64,000 nucleotides of DNA from Candidatus Latescibacterota bacterium (GTDB lineage Bacteria > Latescibacterota > UBA2968 > UBA8231): positions 736,001-800,000 of the forward strand of contig CBDCXV010000011.1 of the NCBI GenBank assembly GCA_965223905.1, read 5' to 3'. Of this stretch, positions 46,293 to 57,580 are shown in pieces (position 1 is the stretch's first letter; the number at the start of each line of letters is the position of its first letter). A program made the position numbers and the translations under genes. The notes under the pieces were generated by a model that had not been told where the DNA came from, made no database searches, and saw only the letters and a list, made by a program, of their open reading frames with translations.

Positions 46293-47526
46293 GTGGTTCA
46301 CCTATGTAGTAATGCTGGATAGAGGCGGTGCAGCTTGATGCGCGCATCGTCGGTGGTGAATTGCCATTTGACCCTCGTTGGACTCTTCTCGCGTTGGGAG
46401 AGCCAGGCGTGGACTTCTTTGCTCAGTTGCTGAATCGTGCCGATGCGCCGGTCCAGACACTGCCGGGAAAGCACCTTCAACCCGATTTCGGCCATATTGA
46501 GCCAGCTACCCCGTTTCGGGGTGAAGTGAATATCGATTTTATCGGCGATGCGTTTGGCTTCTTCGGGCGCAAAGACGTCGTACAAAGCCGCCTTCTGGTG
46601 CGAGCTCAGATTGTCCATGACCAAGGTCAGGGCATCGGCTTCCGGGTAGCAGCGATCGACCAGATCTTTTCATCACCTGAGCCCAATCTTTCTTGGTGCG
46701 GCGCTGCGTGACCTGGACTTGGCAGCGGCCGGTAAGCGGTTCCAGCATCATGAATACGGTGGCCACGCCGTTGCGGACATAGTGATGATCATACCGAGCC
46801 GCATGTCCAGGAATCGCCGGAAGAGGGGCCCGCACCTCTCCCACCAGCTGTTTGCTCGTCTCGTCCAGGCATACCGTGGGACGGGTGGGATCGTAGGGCC
46901 GGGTATAGATATCCAGCACATCCTCCATGGCCCAAACGAATTCGGCACTGGGGGCGCCCGGCAGGCACCACATTTCCTGCCGCCAGGGCTTCAATGCGTT
47001 TTTTTTAGCGTCTTGCGGACCGTTTCCGGGCTGACCCGGTCGACCACCTCCAACGAAACCAGGCGGTCTGCTAACAATTTGAGGGTCCAGCCCTTCCTTC
47101 CCTCCGGCGGCGGGCTACAGGCCAGCGCTACGAGACGAGCCTCGGCTTCTCCGTCGGATGGTCTTGGCCCTGCGGTTCGTCTGCTCCTTGCGTTGGAGGG
47201 CGGCCTCCAGGCCTTCTTCGACAAATCGTTTGCGCAGGCGCTCGACCGTGCTGGAATGGACCTCGAGAGCGTGCCCGATCTGTTCGTCGGTCCAGCCGTC
47301 TCCCTGCGATCCTTGATCCGTCTTCAGGAGAATGCGCGCATGCCGCTGCTTGAAAGCAGCCGCTTTCCCCTTGGAGATGAGTCCGTGCACATAGGGGCGC
47401 TCCTCCGGGGTGAGAGTGACGAGGTATCTCTTCTTGGGCAACGCCGTACTCCTTTTCCAATAAAGGGGATCGGTAAAAAGGATACGGCTGCCACTTTTAT
47501 TCCGCAATTCTAAATGGATCGACCAC
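46293..47526 (-). mobile_element. IS630-family element 2 (frameshifted)
   Basis: IRs GTGGTTCACCTATGTAGTAATGC and GTGGTCGATCCATTTAGAATTGC; TA flanks; CLDETSKQL, MDNLSSH, SWLNMAE motifs; A8 slippery site. Confidence 0.9.
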
Positions 47527-47706
47527 TAGTGTATCGTCTCAGAAAACTGTCCGCCTATTCAGGCGACGAGGGCGCGGCCGGTGTAGGTCCACTTGAAAGG
47601 CTTGGCCAGCGTGCGGTTGAAGTACCCTACGTGCCAATATAGAGTGAGGCACCTTCCCCATCCGAGTTTAGTGTAGTTTGGAGGGCGGAAAGGAGAGCGA
47701 TAGAGG

Positions 47707-48159
47707 ATGGCTTCCCGTACTGGAAGAGCGGATCGAACGACGGTACCCGTGGGAGGGTCCTCCCCTGAGGGTTCTCGTCCGGACCCGGAAGTGCCCGAGA
47801 GGGCCAAGCGCCGGCACTTCAGTGCGCAGTATAAGCTGCGGGTACTGGAAGAAGCCGATGCCTGCCGGGCGCCGGGGGAGGTAGGCGCCTTACTGCGCCG
47901 CGAAGGCCTGTATTCCTCGCAGCTAGCCGCCTGGCGACGGGCGCGCCGGGAAGGCTCGTTGCAGGCGTTGGCCACGCCGCGGGGCCCCCAGGGCCGTCGT
48001 CGGGACCCGGTGGCCAGCGACAACGAGCGCTTGCGCAAAGAAAACGCCCGTCTGCGGGGGCGTCTGGAGCAGGCCCAGGCCATCCTCGAGATCCAAAAAA
48101 AAGCCTCCGAGATCCTGGGCATCCCCCTGAACCGGCCCGCCAACGGCGACGACGCATGA
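47707..48159 (+). CDS. IS3-family transposase OrfA
   Basis: RRHFSAQYKLRVL...LRREGLYSSQLAAWR HTH plus leucine zipper. Confidence 0.9.
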   Translation: MASRTGRADRTTVPVGGSSPEGSRPDPEVPERAKRRHFSAQYKLRVLEEADACRAPGEVGALLRREGLYSSQLAAWRRARREGSLQALATPRGPQGRRRDPVASDNERLRKENARLRGRLEQAQAILEIQKKASEILGIPLNRPANGDDA

Positions 48160-49169
48160 GCGCGGCGGTCGAACAGTTGGCGGGTACCGTCGGAGTGGCC
48201 CCGGCTTGCCGCGCCCTGGGGGTGGCCCGCGCTTCGGTCTATCGGCACCGCACCCCCCCGCGGCCACGCCGGGACGCGGCGCGGCGCCGTTCGCCTCGCG
48301 CCTTGGCCCCGGAAGAGCGCGCCCAGGTGCTGGCTACCCTGCACGAAGACCGTTTCGTCGACCAGGCCCCGGCCGCCGTATACGCGAATCTCCTGGAGGA
48401 AGGACGCTACCTGTGCTCCCAACGCACGATGTATCGTCTGCTTCACGGCGCCGGCGAGGTGCGGGAACGCCGTCGCCAGCGCCGCCACCCTCGGGCCGAA
48501 CCGCCACGGCTGGTGGCCAGGGCCCCCAACCAGGTCTGGACGTGGGACATCACCCGTCTGGCGGGCCCGCGTACATGGGGGACGTATCCGCTTTACGTGG
48601 TGCTCGACCTGTTTTCGCGTTACGTCGTCGCCTGGATGGTGGCCACCCGGGAAAGCGCCGGCGGCGCACGGCGCCTGATCCAGGCCGCCTGCCACAAGCA
48701 AGCCATCGAGCCGGGGCAGCTGACCCTGCACCAGGATCGGGGCGCGCCGATGACGGCCAAGACCTTCTCGCAGCTGCTGGTCGATCTCGATGTCCTGGCC
48801 AGCTACAGCCGGCCGCGAACGGCCGACGACAACCCCTATTCGGAGAGCCAGTTCAAAACCGTCAAATACGCGCCAACCTACCCGGGCCGCTTTGCCGACC
48901 CGGAGCAGGCGCGAACCTACTTTCGCTCGTTCTTCCTCTGGTACAACACCCGCCATCGCCATAGCGGATTGGGCCTGCTGACACCGGAGGCAGTACATCA
49001 CGGGCGCGCCGAGGAGCTCCAGTCTGCGCGGCAACGCGTCCTCGATGACGCCTGCACACGACATCCCGAGCGCTTCGTCAACGGGCCCCCTCAGGCGCCC
49101 AGGGTACCGGCCGAGGTGTGGATCAACCCACCTCCGAAAACCGTCGAATGTGCACGGATAAAACAGTAA
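48156..49169 (+). CDS. IS3-family transposase OrfB (rve DDE)
   Basis: PNQVWTWDIT, DLFSRYVV, LHQDRG, DNPYSESQFKT. Confidence 0.93.
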   Translation: MSAAVEQLAGTVGVAPACRALGVARASVYRHRTPPRPRRDAARRRSPRALAPEERAQVLATLHEDRFVDQAPAAVYANLLEEGRYLCSQRTMYRLLHGAGEVRERRRQRRHPRAEPPRLVARAPNQVWTWDITRLAGPRTWGTYPLYVVLDLFSRYVVAWMVATRESAGGARRLIQAACHKQAIEPGQLTLHQDRGAPMTAKTFSQLLVDLDVLASYSRPRTADDNPYSESQFKTVKYAPTYPGRFADPEQARTYFRSFFLWYNTRHRHSGLGLLTPEAVHHGRAEELQSARQRVLDDACTRHPERFVNGPPQAPRVPAEVWINPPPKTVECARIKQ

Positions 49170-50588
49170 ACTTTCACGCGAAGTGTCTCATTCTCATTGA
49201 CACGTTCCGGTATTCGATGAAGGCCAGAACGCGCTCTTTGAGCTGGTCCACCGAGGCGAAGCTGGCGCGCTTGAGCAGACGGCGGACCAAGATGCTGAAC
49301 CACAGGTCGATCTGGTTGAGCCACGAGGCGTGCTTGGGGGTGTACACGAAACGAATGCCATGGCGGGGATCTTGCAGGAAGGCGGCGCGGGTGGCTTTCG
49401 AGCGCAGGATCCCGCGTTGTCCTTTCTTGCCCAAATCCTCTTTCCTGTCGCCCAGGGCCGCTACCAGGCGGACCAGGGATTCGGATGGATGCGTGTCGAG
49501 GGTGTCGACGATGAAAATCCATTTCCCTTCCAAGTCGGTGGCCACCGTCTGTAGTACGTGGTTGGCGAAGTCCTCTTCGGTGCGCGTCGACGACACCGTG
49601 GGGCGTACGATGTGCCCCGTGGCGACCTCGAAGTTGGCGATCAGACACTGCGTGCCGTGAGCGGACATAGTGCTGCTCCCGGCGCTCGACGCTCCGGGAA
49701 TGGGGAGGCGGGTAGGATGGGCCCGTTCCAGGGCTTGCATGCCGGTTTTCTCGTCGCAACAGATCAGATGGACTCCCTGTTCATGGAGTTGGGCGGCGTG
49801 CGCATACAAGGAGCATACCGCACTCACCTCGTTGCGAAACTGTTCGGGGTCCTCCGGCGTTGCGTTCTGCCAATAGCGACTTCGATGCGGCTTAAGATCG
49901 GCCTGATTTTAAAAAACGCCCCACCGTGCGCACCGAAATCCGGGGCACGATCTTGCGCTTCACCGCCTCTGCGGCCACCTCCCGGGGGGTCCAATGACTG
50001 ACCGGACGATCCGACGGCGCTTGCGGATCTTCACAGGCGATGGCGATGATCTGTATGATCTGCTCCGCACTGAAGTCCCCCCGGCGACCCGAACGAGGCG
50101 CGTCCACCAGGAGATCCCCGATGTACCGACTCAGAGCCGCCAGCGAGCGCTCTTCGGCGCGCGCCAGCCGCTCTCGGGCTTGAGCCCAGCGTTGGCGCCA
50201 CAGGCTCACCGTGTCTCGGTTCAGGCCCAACTGTCTCGCCAACTCTTTATTGGTTTCTCCGGTGCCGGCAGCCAGGATGATCCGAGCCCGTTCGGCCACG
50301 CGTTGCTCCCCTGTGGGCCGACGAATCCGACGCTTCAACTCCTCCTCCTGGCCAGCACTAAGTTCGATGATCGGGGCTTTGCGACCCATGGACGACGTGC
50401 TCCTGGCAACTGCCGGGGAAACCATCGTGGGAAGCGGATGAGCGGCTACAGGGGTACATCCGACATCCCAAAAGATACCTATGCGGACACAATTTCGCCC
50501 GGATGCACCAGTGGTCAGGGTGTGGGACACTACTCAACAGCTTCTGGGAGCGGAAGTTCCGCCAAGGGTCGGTTGCCGCGGTCGGCTT

Positions 50589-51059
50589 TCAGCGGGAAAT
50601 GCTGACGATCTTGTAGTAAAGGCGTCCCGCAGGAACCTGAATTTCGACCTCCTCCCCCTCCTGGTGGCCGAGAAGGCCTTTCCCGATCGGTGACACAGTG
50701 GAGATTTTTCCCTGCTCGAAGTCGGCCTCTTCTGGAGACACCAAGGTGTAGGTAAGTTCTCTATTTTTCTCGAGATCGAGCAGCTCGACCGTAGCCCCGA
50801 TGTACACCTTGTCGTCCGGAATGTTCTCGTTCTCGATGAGTCGAGCCCTGCTGAGAACCTCCTCGAGTTTGTTGATCCGCTGCTCAAGGAACATCAGGCG
50901 CTCCTTGGCCGCCGAGTATTCCGCGTTCTCGGACAAGTCCCCGAACTCTCTCGCGTGCTGGAGAGCCGCCCGAACGGTCGGACGTTCGGTTCCCTTCAGT
51001 TCACGCAGTTCCTCCTGGAGCTTCTGGTAGCCTTCTCTCGACAGGTACACTTCGCTCAT
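50589..51059 (-). CDS. greA: Transcription elongation factor GreA
   Basis: GDLSENAEY, ISTVSPIGKGL. Confidence 0.98.
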   Translation of the reverse strand: MSEVYLSREGYQKLQEELRELKGTERPTVRAALQHAREFGDLSENAEYSAAKERLMFLEQRINKLEEVLSRARLIENENIPDDKVYIGATVELLDLEKNRELTYTLVSPEEADFEQGKISTVSPIGKGLLGHQEGEEVEIQVPAGRLYYKIVSISR

Positions 51060-51278
51060 TGGGATGACACTCCTGGTCTCGAGCAATCGCCGCAACGTGT
51101 GGATCCCCCTTTGTCCACCACTGCGAAAACCCAATACACGAACTCCCCTCCGATGCCTTGGAAGGGGTGCATATAAAAAGCGGAAGCGTTTGGAGTGATT
51201 CGCCGCTTCCGCTCATGCTCATGGTCGTTCCGTATGTAGTGTGCCAATATAGGCAAATGGTCCAGCTCACGCAACCGA

Positions 51279-51334
51279 CAGTCGCCATTCCGGAGGTAGA
51301 GATTTTCAGTCGCCATTCCGGAGGTAGAGATTTT
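51279..51334. repeat. Exact 28-bp tandem duplication
   Basis: CAGTCGCCATTCCGGAGGTAGAGATTTT twice. Confidence 0.95.
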
Positions 51335-52093
51335 TCGCCGCTTGCATGACACGGGCGTGCGTCACCAGATCCCGACACTCCCGTGCAGGCCGGAGTGGGG
51401 CGGACAGGTCACTCCCTCCTCTCTGGGAGCCGGTGAGAATTTCCAGGCAAGCCGTCTTTCGGGGGCATCCCGGTGAATCTCCGCGTGCTCCCCTTCTCCC
51501 TATCCACGAGCCCCAGGCGATGCTCGTCTATCCTATCCGGTGTGGGAACTGAACCGATCGATCGGCATCAAGCCGGCACCGGCAACCTGCTGGACCTGGG
51601 GCTGGCTGGCTGAGGGAATCATTGCCAGCACGTTCAGCGAGCGGTCGAAGCCGCTCACCTGCGGCATCGGTCTCCCCCTGTGGGGAAAATCCCTCGACGA
51701 CTGAAAGCCTGGCCGAAATTTCCTAGTCTCGCCCTTGGCTACCACCCCATCCCCGTTCCGGGGTGCCACGCCGTTCAACTTCATCCCTTTCTGCAAAGGA
51801 TCCGCACTCCCACTCACCTTCAATCGTCAGGATTGCCGTGCCCTACCCACTGTTTCCTGGTCGGACGAAGATTTTGCAGTCTCGACCAGGGTCAAGCCCT
51901 CAGATTCAGCGGCAGATTCCGATTGCCGCGACACGCTTGAAGTGTATCTTGACTCCATCGTAAAAACCATAGTGAGGAAACGCTACGGCATTTGGCACTG
52001 GAAATACCCGCACTGTAGCGGAGTATTCCGACAGCATTCTCTTCCTGACAGGTGCAAGTTCAAAACAACAATTCTTGACTTCGAACCGGAAAC

Positions 52094-53137
52094 ATGGCTG
52101 GAATTGCCCAACCGACGGAGGCACCGAGCCTCGTGAACCGCTCCAGCGCGGAACTTGGGGTGGAAACTGCAGCCGCGAGAAACCGGACGGCTTTCAGGGA
52201 TATCACGCACTACACCCGTCTTCTGTTCTCTGGCGCGGATCACCTCGGCATCCTGCACCGCCTGACAACCAACCATTTTCTCGACCTTCCACCGGGCGAT
52301 GGACTCGAGGCGGTGTTCCCCGACAATCGGGGCCGTATCGTTTCCTGGGGAAGCTTCACCCGCCTCGATGGTAACAACACCCTCCTTGTGATTCCCTCCT
52401 CCAACGGGGGGCGGCTGGTCGAGTGGCTCGACCGCTACATTTTCAACGAGGAAATCTCGATTCGAGACCTGACTCCCGAGACGACCGCGATGGACGTAAT
52501 CGGGCCCGAGTCACTCCCCATCCTTTCCGAAGTTGCCCCGGTAATGAAAGGTGGCGGTACGATCCCACCCCATCGCCTGATCTCATCCGAAGGCCAGAAG
52601 CCGAGGTTCCTCGGGCTGCACTATGGCCGCCTTCCAGGTGTCCGGGTGATCGGAGATTTTGCTGACCTCAGGACCTTGGGTTCGCGAATGCATGGCGCGG
52701 GAGCCGTTCAACTGAGTGATGGCGGTTTTGAAACCATCCGGGTCGAAGAAGGTTGCCCGGCACTGGAGCGGGAGTTGACGGAGGATCACAACCCCTGGGA
52801 AGCCGGACTGGATCGAGCAATCCACCTCGACAAGGGGTGTTATCTGGGCCAGGAAGTCATCGCCAGGCTCGACACGTACGACAAAGTGAAACAGCGGCTG
52901 GTCGGACTGCGGATGCCAGCTGCCGGTCGAATCGACGGATCCTCCAGGCTGGTCTCGAGCGATGGACGCATGGCGGGCAAAATCACTTCCTCGGCCCTTT
53001 CCCCCACCCTGGGTTCACGGGTTGCCCTCGCCTACGTTCGCCACCAGTTCTGCGCTCCCGGTACCGAACTGGCCTTTGAGGAAGTGGAGGGCACCCCTTC
53101 TCCTGTAACCGTCAGCGAATTGCCGTTCCCGGTTTAG
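52094..53137 (+). CDS. ygfZ: YgfZ/GcvT-family folate-binding protein
   Basis: KGCYLGQEVIAR signature. Confidence 0.88.
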   Translation: MAGIAQPTEAPSLVNRSSAELGVETAAARNRTAFRDITHYTRLLFSGADHLGILHRLTTNHFLDLPPGDGLEAVFPDNRGRIVSWGSFTRLDGNNTLLVIPSSNGGRLVEWLDRYIFNEEISIRDLTPETTAMDVIGPESLPILSEVAPVMKGGGTIPPHRLISSEGQKPRFLGLHYGRLPGVRVIGDFADLRTLGSRMHGAGAVQLSDGGFETIRVEEGCPALERELTEDHNPWEAGLDRAIHLDKGCYLGQEVIARLDTYDKVKQRLVGLRMPAAGRIDGSSRLVSSDGRMAGKITSSALSPTLGSRVALAYVRHQFCAPGTELAFEEVEGTPSPVTVSELPFPV

Positions 53138-53167
53138 CCGCTTTCGGTTGTCAGCGGCCTTGGTGGG

Positions 53168-54280
53168 ATGAACCCTTCGCTCCCGACTACCGGACACCGC
53201 AAGGTAATCCATGTCGACATGGATGCGTTCTACGCCTCGGTCGAGCAGCGGGACGACCCTTCTCTCGCCGGAAAGCCAGTGGTTGTCGGTGGCGACCCAA
53301 GTGGCCGCGGGGTGGTTGCAGCGGCCTCCTACGAGGCTCGCGTATTCGGGATTCGTTCCGCCATGCCGATGAAGAGGGCCCTGGCGCGCTGCCCTCACGC
53401 TATTCGCGTATCCGGCGATTTCGGAAAATACCGTAAAATTTCGGAAACTCTTCACAAGATCTTCAGCGAATACACGGATCTCATCGAACCGGTCGCTCTC
53501 GACGAAGCCTATCTCGACGTCACCAACAACAAGCTCGATGTACCCCTTGGGCACCGGGTCGCGAAGATGCTCAAATCCGATATCCGGCGACGGCTCCGAC
53601 TCACTGCCTCGGCCGGACTGGCGCCCAATAAATTCCTTGCCAAGGTGGCCTCCGACCTGCGCAAACCGGACGGACTTGTCGTCGTCATGCCGGGGCAGGT
53701 GGCTGATTTTCTCAAAGATCTTCCGGTTGGCAAAATCCCCGGAGTCGGAAGAGTCACGGAAAAGGAATTCATGGAGATGGGGGTCGGAACGATCGGTCAG
53801 CTCGCGCAACTAGGGCTGGAGAAACTAACTGATAAGTTTGGCAAACGGGGCCTTTACCTCCACCACCGTTCCCTGGGTCGAGACGATGACCCGGTCAGAC
53901 CCAGGCGGGATCCAAAGCAGCTCAGCAGCGAAACGACCTTTGCCGAGGATGTTTTCAGTGCCGACGAAATGCGAGCGACCCTGCAACGCCTGAGCGAGGG
54001 TGTGGGCGCCCGCCTCCAGCGCCGGGGACTGCGGGGTCGCATTATCACCGTGAAGATTCGCTACCCGGATTTCGAAACCGTTACCCGGTCAAGGACACAT
54101 GCAACAGGGCTGTTTGACGGCAAGGTGATTGCGGATCTCGCCGTTCAGTTGTTACAGCGTTCTCAAGCCCCCCAGCGGGGTGTCCGGCTACTTGGCGTCG
54201 GTGTCTCCGGTTTCACCATCCACAAACCGGCAAGCTCACAGCTGGACCTGTTCGGGAGCCCGGCTCGGGAATCACACTGA
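53168..54280 (+). CDS. dinB: DNA polymerase IV
   Basis: HVDMDAFYASVE, SYEAR, LDEAYLD, C-terminal clamp motif QLDLF. Confidence 0.97.
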   Translation: MNPSLPTTGHRKVIHVDMDAFYASVEQRDDPSLAGKPVVVGGDPSGRGVVAAASYEARVFGIRSAMPMKRALARCPHAIRVSGDFGKYRKISETLHKIFSEYTDLIEPVALDEAYLDVTNNKLDVPLGHRVAKMLKSDIRRRLRLTASAGLAPNKFLAKVASDLRKPDGLVVVMPGQVADFLKDLPVGKIPGVGRVTEKEFMEMGVGTIGQLAQLGLEKLTDKFGKRGLYLHHRSLGRDDDPVRPRRDPKQLSSETTFAEDVFSADEMRATLQRLSEGVGARLQRRGLRGRIITVKIRYPDFETVTRSRTHATGLFDGKVIADLAVQLLQRSQAPQRGVRLLGVGVSGFTIHKPASSQLDLFGSPARESH

Positions 54281-54609
54281 AATAGCGAAACGCACTTGCA
54301 GATGTGGCCCGGGGGCCATCGGGTAGATACGCAAGCCCATTTGCCCACGCCGAAAACCGGTGTATTGGGCGGTCTGCCGCAGACCTAATAAAGGGACCCC
54401 TAACTCTACCATGTCCGGGCGGTTATCCCGGACAGAACCGGGATGGACGCGACACCCCCCGGGGGTTGTCCAGTGGTTAGGCCTGCTTCCCAGGGGGGTC
54501 GAGTACTCCTTATTCTGCCAGCCAGAAAGGAATTGCGGGGGTCATCGCTTGCCCCCGAGGGTTGATTCATCCAGCCAGTGTTCCACCTCGCGCCCAGGGA
54601 GTGACGCTC

Positions 54610-56290
54610 GGGCGGATGGGTGTAAAGGGGGCCATAAAGTACGAGCGCAGAAAGCCTCGTGTGGGTACATTCGCCCCCCCCCCCACTGCCCGGATGAAAC
54701 CGCGAGCCGGACGATGGCACGAGTATCGATTACGCCGAGCCCCGAACCGGGGACGATGGAGGGCCTGCAGGCCCTGTGGGATGAGCCTGCGCCGCGCACG
54801 CCGTTGCAGTTCCTGCAGCTGGAGAGACGCGTGTGCGCGGCCGCGGGTCGGCAGGCCGACGAGATCCTGGGACACCACCTGATCGGGGCGCACCAGGACG
54901 CGGCGTTTGTCGAGCAAGCGGTGGAGGCGGCGCGGCAGCGCCATGACGGGGTGCTGCGCCACAAAGGTCAGCGCACCACGTCGGTATGGGTGCCGGGCGG
55001 CGCGCTGTGCGTCGTGGAGACCCCCTACCTGCGACCGCAGACGCCTCGCCGGCCGGGTCGCAAGCGCACGCGGCGGGGTCCCACGGGCAGCGGGCGTCTA
55101 TCCGGTGCTGGAGGCGTTGGGGATCGCCCACCGGGTGTCTCCGGCCACGCGGAGCCAGATGGCCTTGTACACGGTGCAGGCGGGCAGCTACCAGGAGGCG
55201 GTGCAGTTGCTGGCGGAGCACGGTGTGCCCGTGGATACCGCGACGCTGAAGCGGGTGGCGCAGAGCACGGCTCGCGCCGACATCGGGCTGCGGGACGGGG
55301 CCCTGGCGCAGGCGCGGCGCACCCCGGTGGCCCCCAACGGTCCGCTGGCCGGCCTGCGGGTGCGCGTCAGCATCGACGGAGGGCGGGTGCGCACCCGGTC
55401 GCCGCGTCCGGGTCGCCGGACGAAGAAGGGACGCCACCGCTTCGACACGCCCTGGCGGGAGCCGCGCGTGCTGTTGATCGACGTGCTCGACCGCAACGGC
55501 CAGGCCGACCCGCTGCGGCGGCCTCTGTACGACACCCTGCTGGAGGATGCCGAGGCGACCAGGGCGCTGATCATCGGCTATCTGCGCCTGCTGGGCGCCG
55601 CCCACGCCCAGAGGGGGGTGTTCATCGCCGACGGCGCGGAGTGGATCTGGGAGCGCAGCGACCAGATCCGTCAGGAAGCCGAGATCCCCACCCGGCGCTG
55701 GGTCGAGGGGGTCGACTTCTACCACGCCAGCGAGCATCTGCACGACGCCATCGAGTTGGGTCGGGATCGCAAAGCGCCGGAGCGCCAGCAAAGGTACGAG
55801 AGGCTGCGTCATGTGCTGCGTCGCGAAGCCGACGGCGTCCATCAGGTCATCGAAGCTCTGAGACCCGAAGCGCGCGGCCGGCGGGGTCGCAAGATGAACA
55901 CGGCCATCGACTACTTCGAACGACACACGCATCGCATGGCCTACGCCAAGCTGACTCGTCGCAAGGTGCCGGTGGGATCCGAGCCCGTGGAGAGCGCCAT
56001 CCGCCGGGTCATCAACCTGCGCTTCAAAGCCCCCAGCACGTTCTGGACAACCGAAACCGTCGCCGACCTGATGCATTTGCGCGCCGCCTTCAAGTGCGGG
56101 CGCTGGCACGAACTGAGGCACCGGGGCCTCACGCAGACCTTTCCCGTGCCCTCCTTCGCTCGGTTGCCCCGAGACCAGCTCGACACCGTGTCCCCACAAA
56201 GAGCCAAAGAGGACCCGGAAAACCCACGGCAGGCAACCCTGCAGCCGGTTCGCAGACGGGCCTGAACGCCCCCGTTCCGCCATCGCGCCC
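54610..56290 (+). mobile_element. ISKra4/ISLre2-like IS, transposase frameshifted near 55090
   Basis: 9-bp duplication GTGACGCTC (54601-09 and 56291-99); IRs GGGCG...GATGG...GGGGG; SIDGG, ADGAEWIW, DFYHASEH and GSEPVES motifs (about 54714-56265). Confidence 0.85.
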
Positions 56291-56308
56291 GTGACGCTCT
56301 CCCGACCT

Positions 56309-57580
56309 TCACGCAGCTTCTGTTGTTCCGTCCGCTATCGGAAAGGTCGAACTCCCGTGGGGAATGACCGCGACTGCCGGGTCGGGTCCCACCCTCTCCA
56401 GCCCGGCTTGCAGGGCTGTGTCGAGACTTTCGAAGCCCACAATTCCGCAGGCATCCTGCAGCCTGGGCCCCATCGCCGACACGAGGTAGACATCCGCTCG
56501 CACCAGGACCGCCGCGATGGCCGCGGCCTTGTGCCCTCCCAGAATGAACTTGCGGGCGATGCGCTCCAGCACCTGCTCAGGCTTATTCGCCTGTCGCATC
56601 CACTCTTCGAAGGTGGAATTTCCGTAGCCCTCCAGGCACTCGGCCACCCAGATGACGACACCCCGGTCCCTGACGACTGCACCGGCGTTTTCGAGCGCCT
56701 TTTGGGCCTGGTAGAGATTCAGGTCAGACGGCAGGCCGCCTGCACTCACGACCACGATGTCGGCCTTGCCGTCAATCGCCACGGCGTCTCGCCGGGCCAA
56801 TATGCGGCATCCGCGGCGATGGGCATGGGTTGCCTCACCAGCTACCGCGGCAACCAGCCGGTGGTCGCTGTCGACGATGGCATTTAGGATGAAATCGAGG
56901 CCGACCATCGCCGCCCCTTCCTCGAGGTCGGCTCGGACCGGGTTGTTTTCGAGAACACCCGCCCGGGCTCCCGGCTCGACCATCAGACCGTGGTTGGCAC
57001 TTACGGTCTCTTCGCCGGCGCACCCGGGGAGAATCGATTTCGCTCCCCCTGAATACCCGGCAAAATAGTGGAACTCGATATTACCCAAACCGACCCGGAC
57101 GTCGGCGTCCACGACAGGTCGAAACAGGTCCACCGGTGTGCCGGCCCTGGTCCATCCGACACGAACCACATTGGCCGGGTCGTGGTTGACGACTTTTACC
57201 GAATCATACACATCGGGTCCCACGAGTTCGCGCAGTTCCTGGCTCGACAGCGGCCGATGCAGGCCCAAGGCCACCACGACCGTAATGTCCACTGTGGAGA
57301 TACCACCCGCCTGAAGTTCGCCGAGAATCGGTGGCAGCAACCGACGGGATGGACAGGGCCTCGTGTTGTCGCTCGTTATCACAGCCGCTGTCTGCCCAGG
57401 GGTAACCACCTCCCGCAGGGGGGGACTTCCAATCGGTTCCCGCAGCGCACGGCTTACAATCGCTTCTCCGTCGGCATCGGACGCAACGGCCGATGGCATC
57501 AGCAAGTCGACCGTTGCCGCTTCAGGCAGAGAAAGCTCCAAGACCCGCTGTCCAAAGGGGAGGTCGAAGATTCGGCTCAT
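56309..57580 (-). CDS. LarA-family nickel-pincer alpha-hydroxyacid racemase/epimerase
   Basis: SDNTRP, LGLHR, FHYFAGYSGGAKS, NLYQAQK; ATG at 57580 overlaps the upstream stop. Confidence 0.9.
   Translation of the reverse strand: MSRIFDLPFGQRVLELSLPEAATVDLLMPSAVASDADGEAIVSRALREPIGSPPLREVVTPGQTAAVITSDNTRPCPSRRLLPPILGELQAGGISTVDITVVVALGLHRPLSSQELRELVGPDVYDSVKVVNHDPANVVRVGWTRAGTPVDLFRPVVDADVRVGLGNIEFHYFAGYSGGAKSILPGCAGEETVSANHGLMVEPGARAGVLENNPVRADLEEGAAMVGLDFILNAIVDSDHRLVAAVAGEATHAHRRGCRILARRDAVAIDGKADIVVVSAGGLPSDLNLYQAQKALENAGAVVRDRGVVIWVAECLEGYGNSTFEEWMRQANKPEQVLERIARKFILGGHKAAAIAAVLVRADVYLVSAMGPRLQDACGIVGFESLDTALQAGLERVGPDPAVAVIPHGSSTFPIADGTTEAA

Larger units (their letters stand above)
47625..49209 (+). 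mobile_element. IS3-family element nested in IS630 element 3
   Basis: 3-bp duplication GTA (47622-24 and 49210-12); IRs ACGTG(C/T)CAAT...TGAG(G/A)CAC; orfA plus orfB. Confidence 0.9.
47529..50508 (-). mobile_element. IS630-family element 3, interrupted by an IS3-family element
   Basis: 26-bp imperfect IRs GTG.ATC...TGTCCGC (47529-47554 and 50483-50508); ORFs 49892-50388 and 49174-49827; the C-terminus YFNRTLAKPFKWTYTG resumes at 47559-47624. Confidence 0.88.

Noticed and set aside
51279-51334. 28-bp repeat pair as a mini-CRISPR
   Set aside because: The copies are directly adjacent with no spacer, so this is a simple tandem duplication.
51060-52093. Protein-coding genes between greA and ygfZ
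   Set aside because: Only short motif-less ORFs; possibly a decayed gene disrupted by the 28-bp duplication, but not supportable.
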